A program made the position numbers and the translations under genes. From Octopus bimaculoides (taxonomy: Eukaryota), in NCBI RefSeq assembly GCF_001194135.2, contig NC_068987.1:32264138-32328137 (forward strand): a stretch of DNA of 64,000 nt, in the 5' to 3' direction. Numbering within the stretch: the first letter of the stretch is position 1; the number at the start of each line of letters is the position of its first letter. Below the pieces are notes generated by a model. That model was given only the letters and a program-made list of their open reading frames with translations. It made no database searches and was not told the origin of the DNA. This document shows, piece by piece, positions 37,459 to 50,812 of this stretch.

Positions 37459-39414
37459 GTAAGCAAATATTCGTTCCAGTACATTGTACAAATAACGATT
37501 TTACACACACATACGTTCAAACACACATGTATGTATGTATGTATGTATGTATGTATGTATGTATGTATGTATGTATGTATCTATCTGGATTTCTTTCGTT
37601 GCGTTTATCCCCTCCTGTACTTTCGGTATAGCAAGTCTTGACCTTTTTAACTAGGTTATTGAGAGGGAACTGTTGATCGTTGAGATGGTCCTGTACTCAC
37701 ACGCAACACGTATGTTTGCTAAGTGACGTAATTAAGGATTTATTTTCTTTACATTTATTGCAGTTTTATTTAGTTTATTGTTTAACGGTAGAATAATATT
37801 CTTTCCGTTTTATTATTTTTATTGCGTTATTTTCTTTACATTTATTGCAGTTTTATTCGTTTGACTTTTTAATTAACGGTCTGGTAATATTCTTTCTTTT
37901 TATTATTTTCTAATTCCGTTTTAGTAGTCAATAAAGCATTAGTATAATAAGCAATAATTCATGTTTGCTTTTTTCTGTTATTTAATTTCGTTTATTAATT
38001 ACTAGTGTAATTCTTGTTTAACTTTTCGATGTCTTTTATTGAAGTATGCTTTAGGTTTTATTTGTTTGAAGCTTCAGGTAAGTTATATAAATTTTAAATA
38101 GTGTGTTAATCTCGCTAGTAAATATAACACGTATGCTGGTTAGTTGGTTTAATTATCATGTGTAATCGTTCTTTAAATTCGTTGTAATTTAATTGGTTTG
38201 TTGTTTATTTCACACTTGCGTGATGTCTTCTTCGTTTTACTTAATTCTGTCTTTGTAATCATTAACACATAAGTTTAATAAGGATTAATTTATTTCCCCC
38301 TTTTATTTAATTGTGTTCATTAAACGTTAGTCTAATGTTTCATTTGTCCTTTTAATTTCTATTATCGTGTTACTGGTAGATTGTATGAATTTAACTTTTT
38401 TATGTAGTTGATGGTTTGAAAAGGTACTTGTGTTATGTATTGTGGATTGTCTTCAATTACAAGTACATGTGTGTAATGTATCAAATGTCTTGTAATTTCC
38501 AGGTAGCGTTTAAATATATTTTCGCGCTGTCGTACAACGTTGGATCGAATGGTATAGTTAAGTGTGTAAACCATAATCCTTTCTAATAAAGCAGTTCGTA
38601 AGGGGACAGCTACACCTGGTAAGGGACTGGGTCTAATCTAATAGTCTAATCTAATCTAATAGTTTCTGTTCTTTTATTCTATGCTAAAGCTTTTTAAGGT
38701 TATATTTAATTGGACCAAGTTGGAAGTTTTAATTGGTTACTAGTAACAGTATATCATGAAATTAGTGGCATTAGAATTATTAGGTTAGATACTAGCTCGT
38801 CATTATGTTCTGGTGGACTTGTGGCATGCACATCCACTCACACATATATGTACACACATACGTACGCATGCGTACACAGATATGAGGAATAGTGCTTTCT
38901 TTTAGGTATGTTGCAGTTTAAACTTTTTCATTAGTGTTTTTCGCATTTCCTTGAAGTTTTTTGGAAAACAAAGTTTCTAAGTGCTCTATTCCAGACTATC
39001 TCAGTCTCATAATCAGAATATGACCTATTTTAGTTTTATGTGATGCCTGTGTTTTACATTGGGTGACTTTAATGTATGCAGAATTTACCACCGAATTTGA
39101 CTGTTAGGTTTTCGCATCATGAGTCACGTGCTTATCCTGTTTGTGATGTGTGTATACAATCTTTGTGTTTAATTTAGTTTTGTGTTGTGATACGAGTATT
39201 GCATTATAATTAATCGTCTATATTTGTCGGGGATTCTATAAAGCATGGATATATGGTTTATAAATATTTTCCTATCTAGTTTTGAGTATATATGGCTTCA
39301 GGTGTCGCAATTGCTCTTTGCTGTAAATTTATTGTGAGCCTACGACAGAACACTGTGCTCATACGGCCAAATTAATAGTTAGAATCATGACGTTTACAGT
39401 TTTCACCTTTTCAG

Positions 39415-39587
39415 ACGAATTCATAAATTACAAAGAAACCAGCCGACCTAACAATGAATTTAGAGAGAAATACAAAACAACAAAAGACATGCAGCACCGC
39501 TATCAATCGAATTTGAGCGTTGGTCGACCTGCGATTATAGCACAAGACACTTTCTCATGGTACCAGAAAGTGGGAACGAACATGTGA
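39415..39587 (+). CDS. Candidate isolated coding exon (unknown product)
   Basis: Polypyrimidine acceptor TTTACAGTTTTCACCTTTTCAG. Only one frame stays open (EFINYKETSRPNNEFREKYKTTKDMQHRYQSNLSVGRPAIIAQDTFSWYQKVGTNM*). No homology recognised. Confidence 0.25.
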
Positions 39588-40033
39588 CGGCGTATCTGTA
39601 AAGTGAACTTTGTAACACCACAGCTATTTCTGCATCCCGATTATGCACTATTTTAAGTACACCAAAGATGATTCAGAGCACAAGATATAAAACGTGTTAT
39701 ATCCAGCAGTTATACTTGTATGTTCTCTCCAGGGATGATAAATATCGACGTTATTTTAGAATTAGAATAAAAATAAATCGAGTACTTTTCTAAGAATAAG
39801 AACTAGCTCTCTATTTCATTACTTGAGTCCACATCCGTCCCACACTATTTTCTTAATAGAAGTTTTGATTAGAAAAGTAAACTAAGATATATAACATATT
39901 CCGCTGTAAGCATTAGGAAATGAAGCAAGATACCACAAGCGCCACCTGTTGTGAAAAATGAAGTCTATATCATTATAATTTGCTGAATCGAAGTAGTCCT
40001 GCCGGGAAGTCTCCAATTAATTTGGTTCGAAAG

Positions 40034-40124
<91 letters not shown>

Positions 40125-40192
40125 GCCTGCCTGCCTGACTGTCTGTCTGCCTGCCTGCCTGTCTGTCTGCCTGTCTGTCTGTCTGTCTGATG

Positions 40193-40247
<55 letters not shown>

Positions 40248-40258
40248 GTCTATCTATC
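40034..40258. repeat. Compound tetranucleotide array (TCTA)n-(TCTG)n-(CCTG)n-(TCTG)n-(TCTA)n
   Basis: Directly visible. Confidence 0.95.
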
Positions 40259-40886
40259 TATATATCTATATATACATATACATGCACAGATAGACACACA
40301 CACAGTCATACACACATACGCACAAGCTTAAATTTAAATTAATCGTACATTAAACAGCTATTTCACAAGCATGCACATACAAAATAACAGTCACACATAC
40401 ACCTATAAGTTTAGTGCACAAAAATGTACATACATAATGCATATATATTTATATATACTGGCATCTAAAACTGAGTGAACTGTACACACACACACATCCA
40501 CATGTGTATATATGTATATACACTGTGAGCATGCATGTGATCTTACACATGCCATATAGCAAGTTGAATAACTTCCATTAACTGATATCTAGAGGTGTTT
40601 AAAATCTAAAAAAACCTGGTAAGGGACATAACTCTGATATCAAGGTTGCAACGAGAAGTTAGATGTGGGTCTTGTTTTTAAAGCCAACGTCTATGCACAA
40701 TAGACACGTTTCAATCTTATTTGATCAAGACAGCATATATATTTAGCTCAGGCAGCAAGACAGATCAGTATATATATGTAAGAGAATAGGGAATGTAGTA
40801 ACATCGTTACACAGAATAAGGATGTCAGCAATAGGTTTCGGTAAAATACCATTAAAAAAAATGGAATTAGGGTGTACTGCTTAGAG

Positions 40887-41141
40887 CAGTAGTTCTCAAC
40901 CATTTGTTTTCACCTATGGATCTCTTTGATTCCTATTTTACTCGGTTGAACCCTAATAATCATTCTATATTTGAAAAATTCCTGTTATATTTTTTAGAAT
41001 TAAGGATTATTAGGTATTGCATAAATAATTAAGATATTTGATGTATTGAAGAAGTATAAGGAATTTGTTGCAGATAAATGCTAACAACAATATCTTATAT
41101 GGATCCCCAAGTACCATATCTGCCCCAGTTGAGAACGATAC
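40887..41141. mobile_element. hAT MITE with a perfect 8-bp TSD
   Basis: Termini CAGTAGTTCTCAAC and GTTGAGAACGATAC. TSD GCTTAGAG at 40879-40886 and 41142-41149. Confidence 0.88.
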
Positions 41142-41499
41142 GCTTAGAGCAAATATTTCCTGCAGATATTACCTTTAAACCCAACACTATCTCCCCACAT
41201 AAATTAATAATTCCCATAATGAAAACTTTCTTCATTTACCAGCCTATCTCTTCAACACATCACTCAATAAACCGAATCGCCTTCAGATGAGAAAAAAAAC
41301 AAAAACAAAAGCAAAGAACAAAGCAAAGCAAAACCAAACAAAAAAACAAAAGAAAAAAACAAAAGAAAAACAATAAAAATAATCAAATAGAAAATTTCTT
41401 TTCTGCCTAATTTTAAATTCTATTTTATAATGTTTTCCTCTCAATCCTACGAATGACCAAATGACCATTCTTAGATATCTTCCACAAATNNNNNNNNNN

Positions 41500-41531
<32 letters not shown>

Positions 41532-42106
41532 AAAAGAAAAGAAAAGCAGTTCAAATGCGGTTTGGGATATAACTGATCTGCAAAAATATCGTATTCAGTG
41601 GTGTTTGCCGCTTGAGAAAAGTTCTTGCTTCTGACATGAGGTATTAAAACAACCACCGTCAGCCGAAATGGTGAATGGATTTCTACCTTCTTGGCTATCA
41701 TCAGACTCTGGAGGTCTTTGTTTCTTTATAGTACAACAGTATCAAAGTATGAACTGATTCTGCCCGCAACCAGCCTAGGCTGGAACATAATACTGTAATA
41801 GGCATACAACTGTCCGTGTTCATGAGCACCTATTGCTTAAGGACAAAATGATTCTCGACAACAAACAGCAATAAATGCAACCCTTTGCATAGTAAATGTG
41901 TCCTAAACATATTTGAACTCGTCTAAATTTTTGTTTACTCGCAATACTGCTTTCACGTGCCTACTACAAAGAAAAAGACAATAAATTAGCTAGATAAACC
42001 TTTCCTTTAAGACCAGAATCCTCTTTGTTCAAAATAATATGCTTATACGCATATCTACATCCTCATGCACAAATGTACGCAAATAAACACTGCCCACATT
42101 AACAGA

Positions 42107-42322
42107 TAATTATCCTTTGTACTATAGGCATAAAGCTTGAAATTCTGGGGGATGGGGGTAGTCGATTACAAAAGCTCCGATGCTCTGTTGGTACTTATGT
42201 TATTGACCCCGATAAAAATGAAAGGCGAAGTTAACCTCGGAGGGATTTGAACTCTGAATGGACGAAATGCCGCTAAGCGTTTTCTCCAGCGTGCTAATGA
42301 TTCTGCCAATTCACCCGTCTTG
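42107..42322 (-). mobile_element. SINE family B (diverged)
   Basis: Aligns by eye to 6273-6487. Confidence 0.8.
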
Positions 42323-42439
42323 CATTACCACATAATACTAAGAAACAAAAATAGAATCCTACCTCCAAAATGTCTCCTACGATTTATAACAATAACCATG
42401 ACTGTATTAATTACTTGATTATGATGATGAGAGGGTAGT

Positions 42440-42800
42440 GGGTGGAATGGAATGGAATATCGTCAAGGTTTGGAAAAGAAGAAGAGAAAGAAAACCTACA
42501 AGAAGAGCGAACCCAGGTAAAAAAGAAGTCGAAGAGATACACTCTGGATATCTCTACGATGCTGCATACGATTCAGGTTCTTATAAAGACAAAAGAGAAG
42601 CTAAAGGGTATGCTGAACAAGTTACACACAAAGAATAAGTGGACAATATAGGGATTACGTAGGAGATGCGAGATTTCATATACAAAGCAATTGAAATATA
42701 GAAACATCGTCAATACTTATGAGCACTTTTAGTAGCAGAAATACTTTCAACAGATTCCAGGGTATTTATTGCTAAATTGAAAAGGATCCGCGTAGTGTGC
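42440..42800 (+). pseudogene. Possible decayed LINE RT fragment
   Basis: ISTMLHTIQVLIKTKEKLKGMLNKL resembles I..LLYADD.VL+A.+.E.LQ.ML+.L. A downstream FIYKAIEI..QYL resembles F.Y....+E.V..F.YLG. Confidence 0.3.
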
Positions 42801-42861
42801 GACTAGTGTTAGTGGGTAATACTTGTTGTATTACTTGAAGAGATGGATCACCTGTGTTGCT

Positions 42862-42864
42862 GTT

Positions 42865-42924
<60 letters not shown>

Positions 42925-43013
42925 CTTCTTCTTCTTCTTCTTCTTCTTCTTCTTCTTCTTCTTCTTCTTCTTCTTCTTCTTCTTCTTCTTCTTCTTCTTC
43001 TTCTTCTTCTTCT
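42862..43013. repeat. Compound trinucleotide microsatellite (GTT)n(CTT)n
   Basis: Directly visible; it generates the poly-V/L/C/S/R/T/F ORFs in the track. Confidence 0.97.
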
Positions 43014-43784
43014 CATCATCATGGAACCTTGTGACATATAAAAGAAATCATCCTCAATATCATTATTGTTGTTATAATTATAATTATCATTGTTGTTGTT
43101 ATTATTATTATCGTTGTTGCTCTGGTCTCTGACATGTTCTCCAAAGCTGTGTTATTTCAGCACTTCCGATATCGACCTTTATTTGCATTTCTTCTTAAAT
43201 AATATCTTGAAAAGAGACTAGTCGATTGGATCAATCACATTATGTAACTGGTATTTAAGTTATTGATAATAGAAGTAGAGTGAAAAATGGTGGAATTTTG
43301 CATTCTAAATGTATAGAAATAAAAAAAAAGACAATCAAAAGATTAAAAATAACCATCACAAAGACGTTAATGAAATCTTAGTTATCGGGGAGGCATTGTA
43401 CTGTCTAACTGTTTCAGTAACTATTAGTCACAAATTCGGTGAGGTCGATGACGAGCCAGAAGAGCTAGAATGCTCAACTAAATGACTTGTTGATTTTGTT
43501 ATGTTTGTTTACGTTCTAAATTTGAAGAGTCTTGCATTTCCTCTTTGCAGCGCTGATAAAATGTGTAACAATCATATCATCGAGTCAACCATGCTGTTAA
43601 TATACCTTCAGCAAAAATCTGTCGCTTTCTACGAAAGGTGTACAACAAAAATCAATAATGAAATGCCTGTTCATGTATATGTCTCTGAATATAGATGTAC
43701 ATCTTCATAGTCACATGATTCCCTTAATACAATATTTTCCAATTTTATGAAGTTACTTAGCACCGTCCAGAGATGCAAAATTAT

Positions 43785-44325
43785 ACAGGCATGATTATGT
43801 AGATAAGAAATTCATTTTGCAACCACGCAGTTTGAATTTAGTCCCGCTGGGCGGCAAACTTGTGCAATTGTCTTTTATTATAACATCGTACTTACAAAAG
43901 CCCTGGGAGTGAATTTGATAGACGGAGCTGTGTGGGAGCAGGCATATGCGTGTATATGTATGTATAAATCTATCTATCTATCTACAGTCATATATATTTT
44001 TGTGTGTGTGCGTGTACGTGTGTGCGTGCGTGTATGTGTGCCTTCATGTATGTTTTTGTCTGTCTCACCGTCTGACAACCGGTGTTGGATTGCTTGTGTT
44101 CCTGTAACTTAGAAGTTGGACAATAGACTCCGATTGAACAAATACTAGATATTGATTTCAAATTTTGATACAAAGTTAGCAATTTCGGGGTAGGGGGCAA
44201 GTTGATTACAACGACCGCAGTGCTCAACTGGTACTTATCTTAACGGCCCTTAAAGAGTTGAAAGGCAAAGTTGATCTCGGTGAAATTTGAACTCAGAATG
44301 TAAAGACGGACGAAACGCCGCCTTA
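43785..44325. mobile_element. Diverged SINE A (+, about 43785-44130) abutting a SINE B (-, about 44152-44325)
   Basis: Family A arms with an internal microsatellite, followed by a reverse-oriented family B body. Confidence 0.7.
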
Positions 44326-44343
44326 GAACAAGTATTAGATATT

Positions 44344-44555
44344 CTTTTCTACTCTAGGCACAATGCCCGAAATTTTGGGGGAAGGGGCCAGTCGATTAGA
44401 TCGACCCCAGTACGGACTAGTACTTAATTTATCGACCCTGAAAGGATAAAAGCCAAAGTCGACCTCGCGGAATTTGAACTCAGAACATAAAGACAGACGA
44501 AATACCGCTAAGAATTTCGCCCGGCGTGCTAACGTTTCTGCCAGCTCGTCGCCTT
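44344..44555 (-). mobile_element. SINE family B, full length, 17-bp TSD
   Basis: TSD AACAAGTATTAGATATT at 44327-44343 and 44556-44572. Confidence 0.92.
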
Positions 44556-45167
44556 AACAAGTATTAGATATTAATGCAAAATAAGTACCGGGGTTGACGT
44601 TATCGACTATACTTATGATAGAATGCTTCAGCATAACTGCAGTCTAGTGACTGGAACATGCAAAAGAATAACAAATATATCATGACCGTCTTAATTTTTG
44701 TATGTGTCCGAATATTCAATATTCTGGGATACTGTTCACTATTTCCAGCTATTCTGTCATCATTAGTCAACAATTTAAGTAAATAATGAATACGAAATNN
44801 NNNNNNNNNNNNNNNNNNNNNNNNNNNNNNNNNNNNNNNNNNNNNNNNNNNNNNNNNNNNNNNNNNNNNNNNNNNNNNNNNNNNNNNNNNNNNNNNNNNN
44901 NNNNNNNNNNNNNNNNNNNNNNNNNNNNNNNNNNNNNNNNNNNNNNNNNNNNNNNNNNNNNNNNNNNNNNNNNNNNNNNNNNNNNNNNNNNNNNNNNNNN
45001 NNNNNNNNNNNNNNNNNNNNNNNNNNNNNNNNNNNNNNNNNNNNNNNNNNNNNNNNNNNNNNNNNNNNNNNNNNNNNNNNNNNNNNNNNNNNNNNNNNNN
45101 NNNNNNNNNNNNNNNNNNNNNNNNNNNNNNNNNNNNNNNNNNNNNNNNNNNNNNNNNNNNNNNNNNN

Positions 45168-45316
45168 CAGTGCGTAACTGGTACTTAATTTATCGACCCC
45201 AAAAGGATGAAAGGCAAAGTCGACTTCAGCGGAATTTGAACTCAGAACGTAACGGCAGACAAAATACCGCTAAGCATTTCGCCCGGCGTGCTAACGTTTC
45301 TACCAACTCACCGCCC
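45168..45316 (-). mobile_element. SINE family B (3' end in gap)
   Basis: Near-consensus head and central domain. Confidence 0.88.
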
Positions 45317-45887
45317 TCCAGAAGAAAAAAATAATGTCAGACACAGCAAAACAAAGTACACGTAAATAATGGCCGAACATTTGGTAGAAATTGTAGATTC
45401 ACTTGTATTACTACATAAGATTTTGTCTCCTAACTTTTAAATGTTGGACTATTTAAAAAGTTATTGAAAGAGAAATTGAAAAACACTAAAAACGAGAAAA
45501 TAAACTTGCTTCATAGACAAATACATACATATAATACATATAAATACACACACATATATATATACACACACATATATATATATACACATGCATATACATA
45601 TATAAATATACATATATTATCTAAGATGTATAATGCATATTATACACACACATACACACACACGTACATATATATGGACACGCTCATATATAAGCGTAGG
45701 CATATATAGCATATATTATAAGATAGTTAAAAAGATAATTACTGCATATATAATTGAATGTATAATTAATTGCAAATTTAGAGATAAGTTTATATATGAG
45801 AAATTTGCATATCTTAACCTATACATTTTTCATATAACTGCACACACACACAAACACACACACACACACAACACACACACACACACG

Positions 45888-45952
<65 letters not shown>

Positions 45953-46044
45953 GTGTGTGTGTGTGTATGTACATACACACGTTAATATTTATGTGTGCGC
46001 ATAGATGTGATATAAATGCCTGTACATATATGTGTATATATATA

Positions 46045-46079
<35 letters not shown>

Positions 46080-46238
46080 GCATACATACACACACACATA
46101 TGCATATATATATTTGCACATATGTCGAGATGCATGTATTTACATATCAATATGAACACTGCATGCAAAATATAGTTGTGTAACAAGCGTTTATATATGA
46201 AACTACATTTATATAGATTTATACATAAATACATATAA

Positions 46239-46312
<74 letters not shown>

Positions 46313-46852
46313 ACACACACACACGCTAGTATATATTTTAATAAATATATTCAATATATGTAGCTATATTTTTTTCAGTCATCGTTTCATGTACATTAAT
46401 CAATATACATTATTATTTTATAGTTCTGAATTTAGTGGAATTCGATATTATATTAATTTTATTGAGCACTTTAGACTTTGCTTGAAATAATTTCTCATTT
46501 ACTGGTTTGAGAGGGTATATATTATTATTATTGTTGTTCTTTTGTTGTTGTTGTTGTTGTTATTACTATAGTTGTTGCTGTTGTTGTTGCTGCTGTGATT
46601 ATTTTCATCCTTGTTGTTGTTAGGGTGGTTAATTTGCAGAATTATAAGTATGTGGGAAAATGTTCAGTGTTCTCGGTCTTTGCGTTCTGAATTCAAATCG
46701 AGTCGGGGCCGATTTTTAAACTTCGAAAATCGATAAAATAACGTAAAAATCATGTACTGAGGTCAATGATATCGATTTACTTTCGACTCTTGGACAAAAA
46801 AAAAATAAAAAGCTGCTGGCCATGTGTTTAAATTGGATATTATTATCATCGT

Positions 46853-47226
46853 TAAGGAGGCAAACTGGCAGAATTGTAAGCCCGTCGGACGAAATGCTGA
46901 TAAACATTTCGTCCGTCTTTACTAGTCAAGTACTGGGGTCGATGTAATCAACTTTCCCCTTCCTCTAAAATTACTAACCTTCGGTCAAAATTTGAAAGCA
47001 TAATAAGACGGTGAACTGGCAGAGTCGCCAGCACGGCGGGCGAAATGGTTAGCGGTATTTCGGCCGTCGCTACGTTCTGAGTTCAAATTCCGTCGAGGTC
47101 GACTTTACCTTGTATCCCTTCGGGGTCGACAAATTAAGTTCCAGTGAAACACTGGGGTCGATGTAATCGACTAGTCCCCTCCCCACATATTTTAGGCTTT
47201 GTGCCTTTAGTTGAAAAGATTATTAA
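46853..47226 (+). mobile_element. Two tandem SINE family B copies (46853-47000 internally deleted; 47004-47226 full)
   Basis: Repeated head AAG.CGG.GA.CTGGCAGA. The two copies carry different 3' tails. Confidence 0.85.
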
Positions 47227-47227
47227 T

Positions 47228-48995
47228 CAACGCCGCCAAGTCGGTGGGTTTGCGGTTGGGCTCCTGGAGAGGCAGGACGATGCCATCGGACGGAGTCGTC
47301 GGATGCTGGACCGACGGACCAGTTAAACTACTGGGGGTCTGGTTTGGTCCCGACCTCCAGGTTGATAACAACTGGGACAAGGTGGCGAACAGGGCCATTT
47401 GGGCTGAGAGGAAGCTGTCCCTGAAAGGCCGGGCAGAGGTGGCGAATGTTTACACCACCTCCGTTATTATTTATCACCTGACTGTGGTGCCTTGTCCCGG
47501 TTACTGCTTGACCAGGTTGGAGTGTCTCTTATTTAAAATCTTGTGGAAAGGACGCGTTCCAATGGTCAGGCGGTCNNNNNNNNNNNNNNNNNNNNNNNNN
47601 NNNNNNNNNNNNNNNNNNNNNNNNNNNNNNNNNNNNNNNNNNNNNNNNNNNNNNNNNNNNNNNNNNNNNNNNNNNNNNNNNNNNNNNNNNNNNNNNNNNN
47701 NNNNNNNNNNNNNNNNNNNNNNNNNNNNNNNNNNNNNNNNNNNNNNNNNNNNNNNNNNNNNNNNNNNNNNNNNNNNNNNNNNNNNNNNNNNNNNNNNNNN
47801 NNNNNNNNNNNNNNNNNNNNNNNNNNNNNNNNNNNNNNNNNNNNNNNNNNNNNNNNNNNNNNNNNNNNNNNNNNNNNNNNNNNNNNNNNNNNNNNNNNNN
47901 NNNNNNNNNNNNNNNNNNNNNNNNNNNNNNNNNNNNNNNNNNNNNNNNNNNNNNNNNNNNNNNNNNNNNNNNNNNNNNNNNNNNNNNNNNNNNNNNNNNN
48001 NNNNNNNNNNNNNNNNNNNNNNNNNNNNNNNNNNNNNNNNNNNNNNNNNNNNNNNNNNNNNNNNNNNNNNNNNNNNNNNNNNNNNNNNNNNNNNNNNNNN
48101 NNNNNNNNNNNNNNNNNNNNNNNNNNNNNNNNNNNNNNNNNNNNNNNNNNNNNNNNNNNNNNNNNNNNNNNNNNNNNNNNNNNNNNNNNNNNNNNNNNNN
48201 NNNNNNNNNNNNNNNNNNNNNNNNNNNNNNNNNNNNNNNNNNNNNNNNNNNNNNNNNNNNNNNNNNNNNNNNNNNNNNNNNNNNNNNNNNNNNNNNNNNN
48301 NNNNNNNNNNNNNNNNNNNNNNNNNNNNNNNNNNNNNNNNNNNNNNNNNNNNNNNNNNNNNNNNNNNNNNNNNNNNNNNNNNNNNNNNNNNNNNNNNNNN
48401 NNNNNNNNNNNNNNNNNNNNNNNNNNNNNNNNNNNNNNNNNNNNNNNNNNNNNNNNNNNNNNNNNNNNNNNNNNNNNNNNNNNNNNNNNNNNNNNNNNNN
48501 NNNNNNNNACAAGGCTGAAAGGCATGTGGACAGATACGTTCCTCTTTGGTAGAGCTGTCATTGAATTGAAAAGGAAATTGTGAGTGGAGAGATAAGTGCT
48601 GTCTCCAAGTGAGTTTATTGAAACGTTGGTGAAAGTTGCGAAAATGGCAAGAGTGGATGGTATCTCTCTAAGTGTAGACCTGTGAGTCGGAGAGAAGGAA
48701 TTGTAGAGGGCACTTGCTCTTGGAGCTTCAGGGAAATCTGGGACAGTGGGGTTCCTCGATTATCCCTGGAGGCCTTCCTTTATCAGGAGGGTCACATCAT
48801 TCTCACCACCACCTTTTTTTTTTAAACTTTGTATGCTATGCATATCTCCCTTCTTTTTTTTTTAGTGTATACCGTATATACTTACTTTTTTTAAAATCAT
48901 TTCATTATATATAAATCCCTACACTTTATGTTTGTCTTTGTATTGTTTCCCTCATCCTTCGCCCTTGTGGCAAATAAATGAAATAATAATAATAA
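47228..48995 (+). mobile_element. 5'-truncated Tx1/L1-clade LINE (RT thumb to 3' UTR), interrupted by a gap
   Basis: NAAKSVGLRLGSW..VKLLGVWFGPD..NWDKV..WAERKLSLKGRAEVANVYTTSVIIYHLTVVPCP matches the Tx1 pattern KS..+..G.W..KILG+WF..NW..W..R.LSL.GR..+.YL..V+P.P. The ORF ends near 48685, followed by a T-rich 3' UTR, AATAAA and an (AAT)n tail. Confidence 0.85.
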
Positions 48996-49584
48996 ATATC
49001 ATTATAAAAACAAAGCTCAGGTCTGAACTTATTCCTGGTATGATTTATGTGGGTGGCAGGTTACTACCTGTAACCTTAGGTTACACGTCTTCAGCAGTCT
49101 TTTAAGTGCTTAGAACCCTCCTGATAATCGTTGCTAAGAGGCAAACTTTCTGTAAGGTTATGAACTCAGAATTACGAGTGTCTGAAAAATGACTCACAGT
49201 ATTTTTTCTTGCTTCACGGTATTTGCTCAAGCCTCGCCGAACCCAGTTTTACCTTTCATCTTTTCGGGCTCGATAAAATAAATTCTGAATAAAGTATTGA
49301 TGTCAATGGTATCAACTAGTCCCGACCGACCAAATTTCTATCCTTGAGCCTTGCATAGATGCAAATATGATGGAGTCAATGCATTCTACAAATGTATGGA
49401 ACCATCACAGTAATACGCTATGCGTATGTACGTAAATACATAAATACAAACATATATACATACATGTATATACATATAATAGAAGTATACACACATGTAT
49501 ATATATATATATATATACACATACACATATGCATCAATATATACATGTATATATGTGTATATATATATGTGTGTGTGCACGTAT

Positions 49585-49637
<53 letters not shown>

Positions 49638-49712
49638 CACACATTTATATACATATACATATATATATATATACATATATTTATATATACATATATATAT
49701 ACATATATACGT

Positions 49713-49786
<74 letters not shown>

Positions 49787-50308
49787 GAGTGTGTGTGTCG
49801 TCTGTATTCATATATATATATATATACATGAGTGTGTGTGTGTGTCGTCTGCATTCATATGTATTTATATCTGACTGTATAGATGCATATAGTTTATGCG
49901 CCATAGAATATAATTTGCATTTCTTACCTAATAACTTATCTCCATCACCACCATCACGAAAAATAAATAATATATAAAATAAAGAAGAAAGCCGACAACC
50001 AGAACAGAATCTATAAAATCTGTAAAAATTTGAATTGCTAAATCAAGAACATTTGATGGTTTCGATTTTTTTTTCTTGAAGTTTCAGGAAACTTCAAGTT
50101 GATAGGAATTTAGTTTAGACATTTTATTATTTGTTATTTTCTTTTAGACATTCCTAGATTCTCTTCTATTAAAAGAACATGATTTATAACACACTATATT
50201 TTCTGTAAATCGGTAGATCACATGTTAACTCTTTTATGACAGTAGTCAATGCATTTTTTTTTGTACGGAAATAAGAAATGCAACGGCTTCATAAATAATG
50301 TCTTTCAC

Positions 50309-50374
<66 letters not shown>

Positions 50375-50451
50375 CATTTACCTGCCAAACAACCATTCAA
50401 TGACAAATGTCAATTACCTATAAACTGAGCTGTTAATATTTTAAGCATAAA

Positions 50452-50671
50452 AAAAGTCAACGAACTGCCAGAATCGTTACGATGCTGGGCAAATTGCTTA
50501 GTGGTATTTCGTTCGACTTTACGTTCTGAGTTCAATTTCCGCCGAGGTTGACCTTGCCGTTCATCCTTTCAGGGTCGATAAAATAAGTAAGTAGGAGATG
50601 AGCACTGGGGTCGACGTAATCGACTTACCCCTTCGCTCGAAACTGGTGGCCTTGTACCAAAATTTGAAATC
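50452..50671 (+). mobile_element. SINE family B, 17-bp TSD
   Basis: TSD AATATTTTAAGCATAAA at 50435-50451 and 50672-50688. Confidence 0.9.
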
Positions 50672-50739
50672 AATATTTTAAGCATAAATCATACTTATAT
50701 ATAAAAATATCTTATACGCGCGCGCACACACACACACAC

Positions 50740-50771
<32 letters not shown>

Positions 50772-50781
50772 ATATACATAC

Positions 50782-50812
<31 letters not shown>

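Noticed and set aside
39045-39080. APE endonuclease motif LGDFN
   Set aside because: An isolated five-residue match with no other endonuclease motifs nearby.
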